Virus record (IMG/VR): IMGVR_UViG_3300020161_000532
Coordinates: 1 to 31,521 of that record
From: a virus
Taxonomy: Duplodnaviria > Caudoviricetes
Length of the DNA: 31,521 nucleotides
Direction: 5' to 3' (one strand)
The translations under genes and the position numbers were made by a program. Of the stretch, positions 23,489-31,521 are shown one piece after another; within the stretch, counting starts at the first letter, position 1, and every line of letters begins with the position of its first letter. The notes under the pieces are model-generated. The model was given only the letters and a program-made list of their open reading frames with translations. It searched no databases and was not told the origin of the DNA.

Positions 23489-24493
23489 TTATCTGATTTT
23501 ATTTTCCACTATTCGCAAGTTGTTGACCTCATAATCTCCTCCTTTTGAGACTTTTATGTGGGCAAAGCCGTTGTTCCAAGAGTTGAAAGGCATATATTCC
23601 GGGCTTAATCCTGAAAGGCAGCCGACGCTCCAAGTGGTTGTTACCTCGCCGCTTAAATTTACCTCCGTATGTTCGCTCGTTCTATGGTGGTGGCCTATAA
23701 TGCAGCTCTCTTTTGCTTTCATATATAGACCACGCGCTGGGTTTACTGGAGGCGCAAAGCCGCTAAAAAATTCGTGTCCGTGTAAAAGCGGCAATTTACC
23801 CGCCTTTGCGATTTGTTTTGACTTTACCTCCTGCACGCCGTACTCTCCAAATTTTAAAATTGTGGCAAGCTCAAAGTCGGGGATACCCAATAGCTCAGGA
23901 GCCTGTAATTTTAGGAAGTTTTGCCAACGATCCTCGTGGTTGCCAATCTTATAATAAATCGGGCATTGAAAGTGATCCTGCAAGTTCTTTAAAAAGTTTC
24001 GAGTCATCTCAAGCTCGTCGGCCATATTGCGAAGGCGTCGGTCTTTGATAAAACGCGAGAGCATATACATGTCAATTGTGTCCCCATTGAGGTACACGCA
24101 ATCGACCTTCTCGACTTTGCCGTAGTCAATCGCCAATCGGAGCGCGTCGTTGTTTTGGTAGGGGAAGTGTATGTCCGTTAAAAACAAAATGTTTTTGTTG
24201 GGAACGATGACCTCTTTTTGTTTGTCGTAGTCGCTTTCGGGTAACTCAAATGCTTTGGTTTTCATAAAGTCTTTTTTTTCTTTGTCCGTTCGTTCGCCGA
24301 CCGCTTCTTTTTGCTGTCTATTTGCGTGTTCGTTTCGATGTGTTCTTACAACACCGCGAGCGTTGTCTACGCTTGAGAAGTCAATCGGGTAATCCTGGTG
24401 CAAAAGCCTTGAGATAGCCATCGTTGATGACTTAGGAAACTTTGCTATATACTCGCGAGCGATTTCGCCCTTGTATGTGATTTTATTCTCCAA
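23489..24493 (-). CDS. Calcineurin-like metallophosphoesterase with N-terminal helical domain
   Basis: TDIH, NGDTID, GNHE, HGH and GHHH motifs. Confidence 0.88.
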   Translation of the reverse strand: MENKITYKGEIAREYIAKFPKSSTMAISRLLHQDYPIDFSSVDNARGVVRTHRNEHANRQQKEAVGERTDKEKKDFMKTKAFELPESDYDKQKEVIVPNKNILFLTDIHFPYQNNDALRLAIDYGKVEKVDCVYLNGDTIDMYMLSRFIKDRRLRNMADELEMTRNFLKNLQDHFQCPIYYKIGNHEDRWQNFLKLQAPELLGIPDFELATILKFGEYGVQEVKSKQIAKAGKLPLLHGHEFFSGFAPPVNPARGLYMKAKESCIIGHHHRTSEHTEVNLSGEVTTTWSVGCLSGLSPEYMPFNSWNNGFAHIKVSKGGDYEVNNLRIVENKIR

Positions 24494-24932
24494 AATAAAT
24501 GTCCGCCTCGGCCTTGCGTCGAATAGTTAAGCCTTTTAAAACTTGCCCGCCTGCCTTATTCCATTTCAGGAACTCGGCCCGAATCGATGGATCGTTGTGA
24601 TTGAAGTTGACCTTACGCAATAGCGTGGATTTTTGAAAGTTTGCGGGGCCTATGTTGTAGGTTAGTGAAACGAGAGCGTTGAATTGCGATTGGTCTATTG
24701 GAGCCGTTACTAATTTGCTCACTTTATCGGCGAACTTGTCGGCGATTGCTTTGAACATCTCAAAGGCTTCGAGTTCCGTGATTGGTTTGTCCAGGAGTGT
24801 GACCTTTTTACCATTTAAATAGTAGGTATTGCCGTAGCCTATCGTAGGCACTTTTGCGCTGCATAGGTACGGCTTTGCGCTGAATCCCTCAAACATACAA
24901 ATTAGGCGATAACCTTGCGTATTTAGTTTCAT
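24483..24932 (-). CDS. Endolysin, GH24 phage lysozyme
   Basis: FEG...Y.C...PTIGYG, QFNALVSLTYNIG, STLLRK and GLTIRRKAE. Confidence 0.95.
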   Translation of the reverse strand: MKLNTQGYRLICMFEGFSAKPYLCSAKVPTIGYGNTYYLNGKKVTLLDKPITELEAFEMFKAIADKFADKVSKLVTAPIDQSQFNALVSLTYNIGPANFQKSTLLRKVNFNHNDPSIRAEFLKWNKAGGQVLKGLTIRRKAEADIYFGE

Positions 24933-25219
24933 TTGCTGAACGCTTTAAATAATAGGGTTACTAAGGCTGCCGTAAATGCAACGGCTATAACTTTGGCTTG
25001 TTTGATGTAGACCTTAAGCTCGGCGTCGTTCTCCTCAAGGTCAGTCACTCGGTTATCGATGTCGGAGATTTTCCAAACAAGGCCACGAAATCCGTTGAGG
25101 TCGTTACCCAAAAGAGCCTGTTTTATCTCTTTGATGTCTGCGCTGCGAATCTCGCTATCTTTTTTAATCTCTTTGATGTGTTGCTCTATTCGGTCGAGGC
25201 GTTCGCTTTCAATGCTCAT
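24929..25219 (-). CDS. Coiled-coil protein with C-terminal TM helix (lysis accessory, holin-like)
   Basis: Heptad-rich N-terminus and hydrophobic VIAVAFTAALVTLLF. ATGA-coupled to the lysozyme gene. Confidence 0.5.
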   Translation of the reverse strand: MSIESERLDRIEQHIKEIKKDSEIRSADIKEIKQALLGNDLNGFRGLVWKISDIDNRVTDLEENDAELKVYIKQAKVIAVAFTAALVTLLFKAFSK

Positions 25220-25413
25220 GAGTTTAATTTGTTTGGCTGCGAAAGGTACAACTTAATCCCTCCCAAAGTAATAACTAAAATTTTTAATATTGTTCCTACG
25301 TATACCGGTAAACCTAATTGCGATATAAGGTCTACAAGTAAATCAGTCGTTTGGTCAAGTATACCCAAAATGATTAAAACAATCGGAAGGATGTGTTCTT
25401 TAATCGTCTGCAT
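25216..25413 (-). CDS. Probable holin
   Basis: 65 aa with two hydrophobic helices, upstream of the endolysin. Confidence 0.55.
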   Translation of the reverse strand: MQTIKEHILPIVLIILGILDQTTDLLVDLISQLGLPVYVGTILKILVITLGGIKLYLSQPNKLNS

Positions 25414-25537
25414 TTTCTTTGAGTTTTGTCTCTAATTTATCCAATATTTGCGACAAAGCCACAACATCGGCCATAGCATAAACGCCCGCTTTTACTGCGA
25501 TTTCAATCGCTTGTCTAATTACTTGTAATTCCTCCAT
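25400..25537 (-). CDS. Small hypothetical protein (45 aa)
   Basis: Hand-translated as MEELQVIRQAIEIAVKAGVYAMADVVALSQILDKLETKLKENADD. Fills the gap. Confidence 0.6.
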   Translation of the reverse strand: MEELQVIRQAIEIAVKAGVYAMADVVALSQILDKLETKLKENADD

Positions 25538-25538
25538 A

Positions 25539-25793
25539 TTAATAGCTTAAAATTGTGATGTTTTTGTCTTTTGCCACGCAATTCTCTACCCAAGTGTTAT
25601 CTTCACCCCACGCCGCGAACTCATCTTCGGTTAGCGTGTAGTTACCATTGCTTAGAACAGTGCCTTCGTCAGTCTTTAATTCATAGTAGGTAGTGCAAGT
25701 AGTTGCACTCGTTTCAAAGTTGAGAATGAGAACACTCATCTCTGTTGCTGTTCCTTGATTAAGAGGGAATACTATTGGTTGAATTTTAGCCAT
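25539..25793 (-). CDS. Tail-fibre-associated small protein (possible chaperone)
   Basis: 84 aa, acidic, directly after the tail fibre gene. Confidence 0.5.
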   Translation of the reverse strand: MAKIQPIVFPLNQGTATEMSVLILNFETSATTCTTYYELKTDEGTVLSNGNYTLTEDEFAAWGEDNTWVENCVAKDKNITILSY

Positions 25794-25811
25794 TGTATTT
25801 TTGTTTAATTA

Positions 25812-27920
25812 TTATAGTGATGTTATTGTTTCCCATGCTGCTGCGCCTCTTACACAAAGTTTACCCAAGTCGGTATCGTAAACAATAAGACCGCTTGCAG
25901 GTGTAGCAATAGCGTTCTTTTGTGCTGTGGTCATGCGTGGAGGAAGGAAGCCTTGCGTTGTTGAGTTAACATTTAATTTAGCAGATGCAATATCTGTTTG
26001 TGTGCCTGTTGAAAGAAGTAAATTGCCTGTGCCGAATAAAGTACCAAGAACAGCAACCGAGTTGTTATAAAATGTTAAGTTGGTTCCAGCAATTGCTATG
26101 TTAGATGTCCAAACTGAACCACATTGAACATTTCTGCTAAACCAAGCATCTCGAAATCTTGTTGCGGAGACTCCTATGTCATAAGTTGCGCCTGTTTGAA
26201 CAAGTATATTTTGAGTTGTAGTTGCCCCCTGCACCCTCGCAGTTCCGTTAACATCTAACTTGTATCCAGCGTCTGTGGTTGTGTTGATGAGTACGTTGCC
26301 TGTTGAAGGAATAGACATACGTGCAGCTGCTCCACCAACATCAAAACGTATTAAAGTCCAATTTCCGCTGCCAAATAATAATTCATTTGAAGCCGTTGTG
26401 CCAAATACATTGGAAATACCTCCCGAACTTGTAATACTTCTAAGATTATATCCATTACCAAATAATATATTTCCACCAACAACTTGTAATTTTTCTTGTG
26501 GACTTGCCGTTCCAATTCCTAAACGGTTATTCGTATCATCAAAGAAAAGATTTGCATTATCCTGCGCTATCGTTGTGCCGTTGCTGAATAGAACGCTTCC
26601 GCTTGTGAGTGCAGGAAGTGTGAATTTATTATTAAATGTACTCCAATCCGTAGACGATAACGCCCCACGATTTGCAGCCGATGCCGTAGGTAGATTGAAT
26701 GTGTGTGTTGCAGTTGCTGATGATATACCGAAGTCTGTTCCGCTTGTTCCCGTTGCGAAGTTCTGCACCTGTGCCGTTAAGCCATTCAACGCAGTTAAGC
26801 CCGTTGAGAAAGTAGTAATGACTTGACACAAATGACTGTTCTCGGTGTGTAGTTTAATCGTTCTGCCTGAATGCGTAACGTAGATTCTTATTGCTAACCT
26901 ATCGGTAGCCAATAGCGTAGTTTGTGGCACTGCTAACGCGCTAAAATACGCATCAATTGCCGTGCCGTTTGTAATGCCTTCTGGCGTTGCTGAGTTTGAC
27001 GCTATCAATGATAAAGTCGCTCCGTCCCACTTGTATAACTCAACGTAAAACGAAGGACTACCTCCACCACTTGAGGCACTAAAATAAGTTTCAAAGTTCC
27101 AATTACCCGCAGGAATTTCTAATTGATTTGGTACGTTTGCATCGGTTATAAATGATTGAATATATCCGTTTGCATTTATTGTAAAATCAGTACCCGCTCC
27201 TAAAATTGGAGTTCGGTCCATCTCTCTAAACGCTACGCCACCAATTGTGCCTTGTGAAACTGAGCCGTTTAAATAAAACGACAAAGACGCTCCGCCTCCT
27301 GTTGAAGTAGGGAAATTCGCAAGGCTTCCATCGCCTCGCACATATTGACTGACAACGCCTGCGCCTGTAACTGCTATATCTCCACTTGAAGTTATAGGAC
27401 TATTTGCCACGCTAAACGCTGAAGGCATTGTAAGGCCCACCGATGTAACCGAAGCTGGCACGTCGGCAGCCGTTATAAACGGATCAACTCCATTCTCGCC
27501 ATCGTTCGTTAAATCGCTTGTTTTTGTAACTGCTGCTGGTATTGTCGGTTTGTTTAAAATCTCAGCCACGCCACTCGTTGCGTCCCAATCACTATTGACT
27601 TGGGCCGTTACATCGGCTGCGGTTATAAATGGATTGATACCATCCTCGCCATCGTTAGTAAGGTCGCTCGTTGCAGTTGGGATTGTCGGCTTGTTTTTAA
27701 TATAGTCGGGAGCTTGGTCGTCCGCTTGATCCCAATCCGATTGTACTTGCTCGCCAATTATACGATTGATATTTACAACGTAGTTATTCGGGTTTGCTAT
27801 AATTTGCACCTCGTCGACTGCGACTTGTACGTTTATGTCAATCGTCTCAACTATAACCGCAGCGTTTACGACGATGTCGTTGATAGTATCTTGTACTATA
27901 ATATTTACATTGTCCGCCAT
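25812..27920 (-). CDS. Tail fibre / receptor-binding protein
   Basis: Likely start ATG 27920 (MADNVN). Gly/Thr/Ser-rich, with SDW...NKPTIP and TSDLTNDG repeats and fibre motifs NRLGIGTASP, KLDVNG and GFLPPRMTTAQ. Confidence 0.85.
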   Translation of the reverse strand: MADNVNIIVQDTINDIVVNAAVIVETIDINVQVAVDEVQIIANPNNYVVNINRIIGEQVQSDWDQADDQAPDYIKNKPTIPTATSDLTNDGEDGINPFITAADVTAQVNSDWDATSGVAEILNKPTIPAAVTKTSDLTNDGENGVDPFITAADVPASVTSVGLTMPSAFSVANSPITSSGDIAVTGAGVVSQYVRGDGSLANFPTSTGGGASLSFYLNGSVSQGTIGGVAFREMDRTPILGAGTDFTINANGYIQSFITDANVPNQLEIPAGNWNFETYFSASSGGGSPSFYVELYKWDGATLSLIASNSATPEGITNGTAIDAYFSALAVPQTTLLATDRLAIRIYVTHSGRTIKLHTENSHLCQVITTFSTGLTALNGLTAQVQNFATGTSGTDFGISSATATHTFNLPTASAANRGALSSTDWSTFNNKFTLPALTSGSVLFSNGTTIAQDNANLFFDDTNNRLGIGTASPQEKLQVVGGNILFGNGYNLRSITSSGGISNVFGTTASNELLFGSGNWTLIRFDVGGAAARMSIPSTGNVLINTTTDAGYKLDVNGTARVQGATTTQNILVQTGATYDIGVSATRFRDAWFSRNVQCGSVWTSNIAIAGTNLTFYNNSVAVLGTLFGTGNLLLSTGTQTDIASAKLNVNSTTQGFLPPRMTTAQKNAIATPASGLIVYDTDLGKLCVRGAAAWETITSL

Positions 27921-27922
27921 GC

Positions 27923-28246
27923 TTATCGTGTAATATCGTCGGTTACTGTAAAGAGTCCACTTATCCAAGTGTCAACCTCGCCACTCGCTTGAGTGATTTG
28001 TATATCATAGCGATAGGAGCAGGCTTGAATATCAATTATTTGCTCATCGATACAAAACTCTCCGTTTACCGCGTCAAATATTGTGATTGGCACCTCCAAA
28101 GCAACAACTCCCCCTGGCTCTTTTCTGAGTTGCATTTTAACATCGCCACCTGTTAAGTTAAGAGGGACTTCATTTACGTTTATTTGAAAGTCCGTTTGTT
28201 TGAAGGTATCCCCCCTTTTTGTCGTGAAGTTTAGTGTCGATGCCAT
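27923..28246 (-). CDS. BppU N-terminal-like (Ig-like) fibre adaptor
   Basis: KRGDTF...PLNLTG...YRYDIQIT...G.FTV..DITR pattern. Upstream of the fibre gene. Confidence 0.65.
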   Translation of the reverse strand: MASTLNFTTKRGDTFKQTDFQINVNEVPLNLTGGDVKMQLRKEPGGVVALEVPITIFDAVNGEFCIDEQIIDIQACSYRYDIQITQASGEVDTWISGLFTVTDDITR

Positions 28247-28304
28247 TTAAGAATAGTTTTAATTTTTTGATGTTTTCCTCGGTTCTCTTGTCGGTTTTGC
28301 GCAT
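28170..28304 (-). CDS. Small basic peptide (44 aa) overlapping the adaptor gene
   Basis: Hand-translated as MRKTDKRTEENIKKLKLFLNGIDTK... ATG is 4 nt after the upstream stop. Confidence 0.4.
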   Translation of the reverse strand: MRKTDKRTEENIKKLKLFLNGIDTKLHDKKGGYLQTNGLSNKRK

Positions 28305-28308
28305 ATAT

Positions 28309-28818
28309 TTAGTATGGGTTATCAAGCCACCATTTGCCACACACCAAACGCGTGCGGATTGGGTTAACTATATTGTTTGAGCTACTTATATACTCGGGCA
28401 AAGGGAAACGACAAAGCCATTTCTCCATACGCGCCTGATACATTTCCGCTTTCATTCGCATATTGTTTACCAAATAATCAACTTCGGTCTTGTCAACCGC
28501 TACCGAGTTATCGGGTTGGGCCTTAAATATACCGTTGTTGTTTACTTTGTACGCCCCTATTAGGAGGTACTCAACTGCGCTCTGCGAGATTAAAAATGGT
28601 TTGATGTAATCTTCGTACAAAGTGAGGTATTCGTCCACTAAATCGTCGTTATCGAAGTCCTCGCAAATCTTATTGTATAAAGTTTCCCCTAAAATCTCCT
28701 CCAATCGCGTGCGCTGAGCGTCTGCGATGCAAGGAATATAGAGGTCAATATCAATATTACCCCCAAGTAGGGTGTTTTTTGTGAGTTCGTTTTCTTTAAG
28801 TAGTATAATAGTTGCCAT
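28309..28818 (-). CDS. Head-tail adaptor / head completion protein
   Basis: 169 aa, helical (IADAQ...LGETLY...YIKPFL), directly after the portal gene. Confidence 0.6.
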   Translation of the reverse strand: MATIILLKENELTKNTLLGGNIDIDLYIPCIADAQRTRLEEILGETLYNKICEDFDNDDLVDEYLTLYEDYIKPFLISQSAVEYLLIGAYKVNNNGIFKAQPDNSVAVDKTEVDYLVNNMRMKAEMYQARMEKWLCRFPLPEYISSSNNIVNPIRTRLVCGKWWLDNPY

Positions 28819-28821
28819 AAA

Positions 28822-30528
28822 TTACATGTCGTGAGGCGCGATATACGCTTTTGGGTTATTTGTTGGTAGGATTTCGCCTGCTTTTCTCGCTTCTGCTGGT
28901 GTAATAGTTTCCGCAAGTGGGTTATTTACGTCCGCTCTTTTACGATATGTCTCACGAATCCAATAATGTTTGCAAGTTCCAAATGGAAACGCCTCACTTT
29001 GTAAGCCTCCGCCCTTCCATAAAAATATATCATAAGGCTGATCGGGGTTTGGATGCATACCAAAGCCAGGGTTTACGTTTCTTTGGCTCATCATTTCAAT
29101 GTCCTCTTTACGATATAGCTTATTTTTGCTCATCATGTCCTTACAAAATGCGCGCTCGGGAGATGGGTTTCCGCTATAACGATAACGACTTTTAAAAAGT
29201 GCGCCATCTTGATAACTCGATGCGTTTGGTCTTGCCGTTCCTGTTGATACCGAAGCCATTGCAACGCTCATTAGCTGAGTGCTTACTCCATTCATGCGAT
29301 CAAGTTCAGCGTCAAGCTCGGCCTCTTTTTCATAGTCAACCGCTTCGGAACTTATAAGTTCCCACTCGTTTAAATCTATGCTTTCGCCTAAATCGTCAAA
29401 ACCTTGCGATGCCAATTGAGTTACAACGGGAGCCTCAACAACTATTTGCTGCTCGCTTCGTAAACTTTCAAAATCCAATTCCATTGTTATTCCGTTAACT
29501 GCAAATATCTCCATTAACGAGTCAAGGATAACCTCTTGCTTTGGCTTGATTACATTTATCATTAACTCCTCAAACCCGACTTTTATTTCGTCAGCAGTTG
29601 AGCTAAATCCGCTCGCCTCTTTAATGCCCACCAACATCGGAGATGTCAATTTGTGGGCCGTGCAAAGTTGTTGTCTTGCCTCCGCGCTTAAATACGCATA
29701 CTGCTGGTGCGCGTCGCTCACTTCCAAATTACTGATCGTGATTTCGTTTTCCTTTGTATCGTTCCAGTTCAAAAAGAATTTACCCGCGTTGCTGCTCCCT
29801 GTTAAGTGTTGGCGTATCGCTTGGGTGTTGAGCATAATTGTCTCCTCACTCGGTTGGACTCCAGCGTTCATATTTATAATGTGACCGAAGCTCAATCCAT
29901 TTTGAATATGATTAACGGAATAATTACTTATTTCGTTCTCCATGGCTGCCCACGAAAGGCCCGACACGTACGATGGGTTACTATAATAAAATTGCCCCAC
30001 CTGGTAATCGTGAATTACATAAATCTCGGAGCGTTCGCCTGAGCCTTCGCCATATCCAAACGCGTCAAAGCGTTCGGGTTTATATTTGTTTACGTTGCTG
30101 AAATCGTAGCTATAATAATACCCAACGATATCGCCCTCCTCGTTTGCTACTTCGGGAGCGATGCGTTGCTTTGCAATATGAAAGCAGCGTTGTATTTTAT
30201 TGTTTACATATTTAAGCTCAATCGATGCCTCGCCAAACATTTCGAAATCCTTGCATATTTTACGCAAATCCTTCTTGGAAAGTAGCGACATGATTGCGGC
30301 CCACTCGCTTGGCTTTTTGGCTTTGTCTTTTGAGGTCAATCCTTTACCATAAATGAATTGCGAATAACTATCGATTACCGCCGAGTTTGTTGGCGATCCG
30401 TTATAGGCGTCGATTATAGTTTGATAAAACGAGTTGCGCTCGCCGTTTAATACCCACTTTTTACCGCTTACCTCTTTAATCTCGGGGCGGATGTAATTCG
30501 ATAGGTTAATAACTTGTAGTTTGTCCAT
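28822..30528 (-). CDS. Portal protein with C-terminal Cys/His extension
   Basis: SPTNSAVI..., GSSNAGKFF, AHKLTSPMLVGI and VIKPKQ portal-like pattern in the first ~360 aa. Confidence 0.8.
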   Translation of the reverse strand: MDKLQVINLSNYIRPEIKEVSGKKWVLNGERNSFYQTIIDAYNGSPTNSAVIDSYSQFIYGKGLTSKDKAKKPSEWAAIMSLLSKKDLRKICKDFEMFGEASIELKYVNNKIQRCFHIAKQRIAPEVANEEGDIVGYYYSYDFSNVNKYKPERFDAFGYGEGSGERSEIYVIHDYQVGQFYYSNPSYVSGLSWAAMENEISNYSVNHIQNGLSFGHIINMNAGVQPSEETIMLNTQAIRQHLTGSSNAGKFFLNWNDTKENEITISNLEVSDAHQQYAYLSAEARQQLCTAHKLTSPMLVGIKEASGFSSTADEIKVGFEELMINVIKPKQEVILDSLMEIFAVNGITMELDFESLRSEQQIVVEAPVVTQLASQGFDDLGESIDLNEWELISSEAVDYEKEAELDAELDRMNGVSTQLMSVAMASVSTGTARPNASSYQDGALFKSRYRYSGNPSPERAFCKDMMSKNKLYRKEDIEMMSQRNVNPGFGMHPNPDQPYDIFLWKGGGLQSEAFPFGTCKHYWIRETYRKRADVNNPLAETITPAEARKAGEILPTNNPKAYIAPHDM

Positions 30529-30531
30529 ATA

Positions 30532-30840
30532 TTATATTTTTAGAACTCCGTTATTGAGTTCAAAATTCTCCAAATCAGTTTGAGCCGTAGCGTATGCCTT
30601 GCCTCTATAAATTAAATCGCCATCCTCGTTGATTGTAACCTCAAAGGATTGTCCCTCTTTTAAAATTGGCGTGTTAAAAATCAAAACTAAGACGTTATTT
30701 TGATAATAAACGGCAGTTGTTGCGATTGTATGAGTGATATCTCGCGTTTCGTCACGCAATAAAAACGTGATTTCGCCACTATTGTACCCCCTTGGGATGC
30801 AACGGAATTGGTAAGGCGCAGTTAAATTAAATGTCCACAT
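30532..30840 (-). CDS. Small beta-rich virion protein (possible head-closure or stopper)
   Basis: 102 aa, first gene after late promoter A. Confidence 0.5.
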   Translation of the reverse strand: MWTFNLTAPYQFRCIPRGYNSGEITFLLRDETRDITHTIATTAVYYQNNVLVLIFNTPILKEGQSFEVTINEDGDLIYRGKAYATAQTDLENFELNNGVLKI

Positions 30841-30869
30841 ACTTATATAACTGAATTTATTTGATTTGT
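30841..30869 (-). promoter_or_regulatory. Putative phage late promoter A
   Basis: ACAAA-TCAAATAAAT-TCAGTTAT-ATAAGT-ATG, directly after a terminator. Confidence 0.7.
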
Positions 30870-30872
30870 AAC

Positions 30873-30897
30873 AAAAAACGCCCCAAAAGGAGCGTTT
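30873..30897 (-). terminator. Intrinsic terminator after the tail tube gene
   Basis: AAACGCTCC-TTTT-GGGGCGTTT followed by TTT. Confidence 0.8.
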
Positions 30898-30921
30898 AAT
30901 GAGACAAAACTATGAAAGAAA

Positions 30922-31446
30922 TTAAGAAACCACAACATTAGAAACCAAAGCCTTTAAAGCTGTAATCATTCCACCTGTTAAAAATGGAGATAAGTTTGAT
31001 TCCTCAGCAGCGATGGTCAAAGTGTATCCGCTTAAATCGGCTCCTGCTCCGCCTGACACCTTGGTGCAGTTTGACATTGTGCCATTTGTAGCTCCAATCA
31101 ACATGATATTACCGTTGTAATCCTCAACAAATACTTGAGGACGTCCTGCGCAAATCAATTGTACTTGAGCTTGCAAGTCAGCCGACAATTTAGGAAGTGT
31201 AACGGCCAAAGATTGGGCGTTTACAAATGTTCCGTTATCTTCTGAACTTGTACCAGTTTCGGTTAAAGCGTTTGTAGTCGCTTTTACCTCGTATTGAAAC
31301 ACCTCTGCGAGTGTTCCGAGTGCGGTCAATTCTTGAGCTGCAATCGTGTATCCGTAGTCGTCATAATTTGCAAAATACAAATTTTTAATTCCCCCACGTT
31401 GATCACGGCATCCAAGTAATTTTCCGGCAGTAATTAAACAGGCCAT
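30922..31446 (-). CDS. Probable major tail tube protein
   Basis: 174 aa beta-rich (C...GGIKNLYF, FVEDYNG, GYTLTI), co-transcribed with the capsid gene and followed by a terminator. Confidence 0.6.
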   Translation of the reverse strand: MACLITAGKLLGCRDQRGGIKNLYFANYDDYGYTIAAQELTALGTLAEVFQYEVKATTNALTETGTSSEDNGTFVNAQSLAVTLPKLSADLQAQVQLICAGRPQVFVEDYNGNIMLIGATNGTMSNCTKVSGGAGADLSGYTLTIAAEESNLSPFLTGGMITALKALVSNVVVS

Positions 31447-31462
31447 ATATATTTTAGGTATT

Positions 31463-31490
31463 TAAAACCGCCCCACTTAAGAGGCGGTCT
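31463..31490 (-). terminator. Hairpin / weak terminator after the capsid gene
   Basis: GACCGCCTC-TTAAGT-GGGGCGGTT with a short U tract. Confidence 0.65.
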
Positions 31491-31499
31491 TTGTTAGTA

Positions 31500-31521
31500 T
31501 TAAACTGCTAAAGTCAAGTAA
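31500..31521 (-). CDS. Major capsid protein C-terminal end (..YLTLAV-stop)
   Basis: In frame with 1-887 when the window ends are joined. Confidence 0.75.

Noticed and set aside
25812-27920. Diversity-generating retroelement targeting the tail fibre
   Set aside because: No reverse transcriptase, and no template/variable repeat pair with adenine-specific differences was seen.
3989-27968. Longest-ORF starts in the track (4204, 8129, 12541, 12950, 13942, 21149, 22445, 22948, 27968)
   Set aside because: They extend into upstream genes or promoters. Internal ATGs give normal coupling, so the shorter starts were used.
28689-28916. 75-aa minus-strand ORF spanning the portal/adaptor junction (also 425-640, 7676-7891, 13109-13336, 17319-17510, 18186-18380, 19781-19975, 26632-26829)
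   Set aside because: These are alternate frames within established genes, with no coupling, slippery site or motif support.
179-30042. All plus-strand ORFs in the track (e.g. 421-714, 6009-6380, 24998-25435, 26260-26826)
   Set aside because: They lie antisense to well-supported minus-strand genes, have no recognisable motifs and have no plus-strand promoters. They are shadow frames.
1-31521. Stop-codon reassignment or tRNA genes
   Set aside because: Genes tile densely under the standard code with TAA, TAG and TGA all used as stops. No cloverleaf was found in the few intergenic gaps.

Overview
The window looks like an essentially complete, circularly permuted ~31.5 kb tailed phage genome (siphovirus-like), with every credible gene on the minus strand. 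The major capsid gene runs off base 1 and resumes in frame at the right end, and both ends share AAGTAA. Bacteroidota-type promoters (TTG-N19-TAnnTTTG), weak or absent Shine-Dalgarno sites and a Flavobacteriales-type Fur-box-like site point to a Flavobacteriia host (inference). In transcription order: small early genes (22900->20500); SSB; an AT-rich origin with inverted repeats; primase-helicase, DUF3223/HNH, SF2 helicase, HNH and VRR-NUC genes; a sigma-like factor; ParB-methyltransferase; TerS and TerL; tail chaperone with a -1 frameshift; neck and tail genes; tape measure; XkdF-like protease; capsid; tail tube; portal; adaptor; tail fibre; lysis cassette. I found no integrase, DNA polymerase, tRNA or CRISPR array. 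The most notable non-coding signals are three exactly spaced late-promoter motifs abutting start codons, clusters of unrelated operator-like palindromes just upstream of two of them (possible decoy arrays), and three pseudoknot or kissing-loop leader RNAs. Protein assignments come from motifs read by eye and from gene context, not from database searches.
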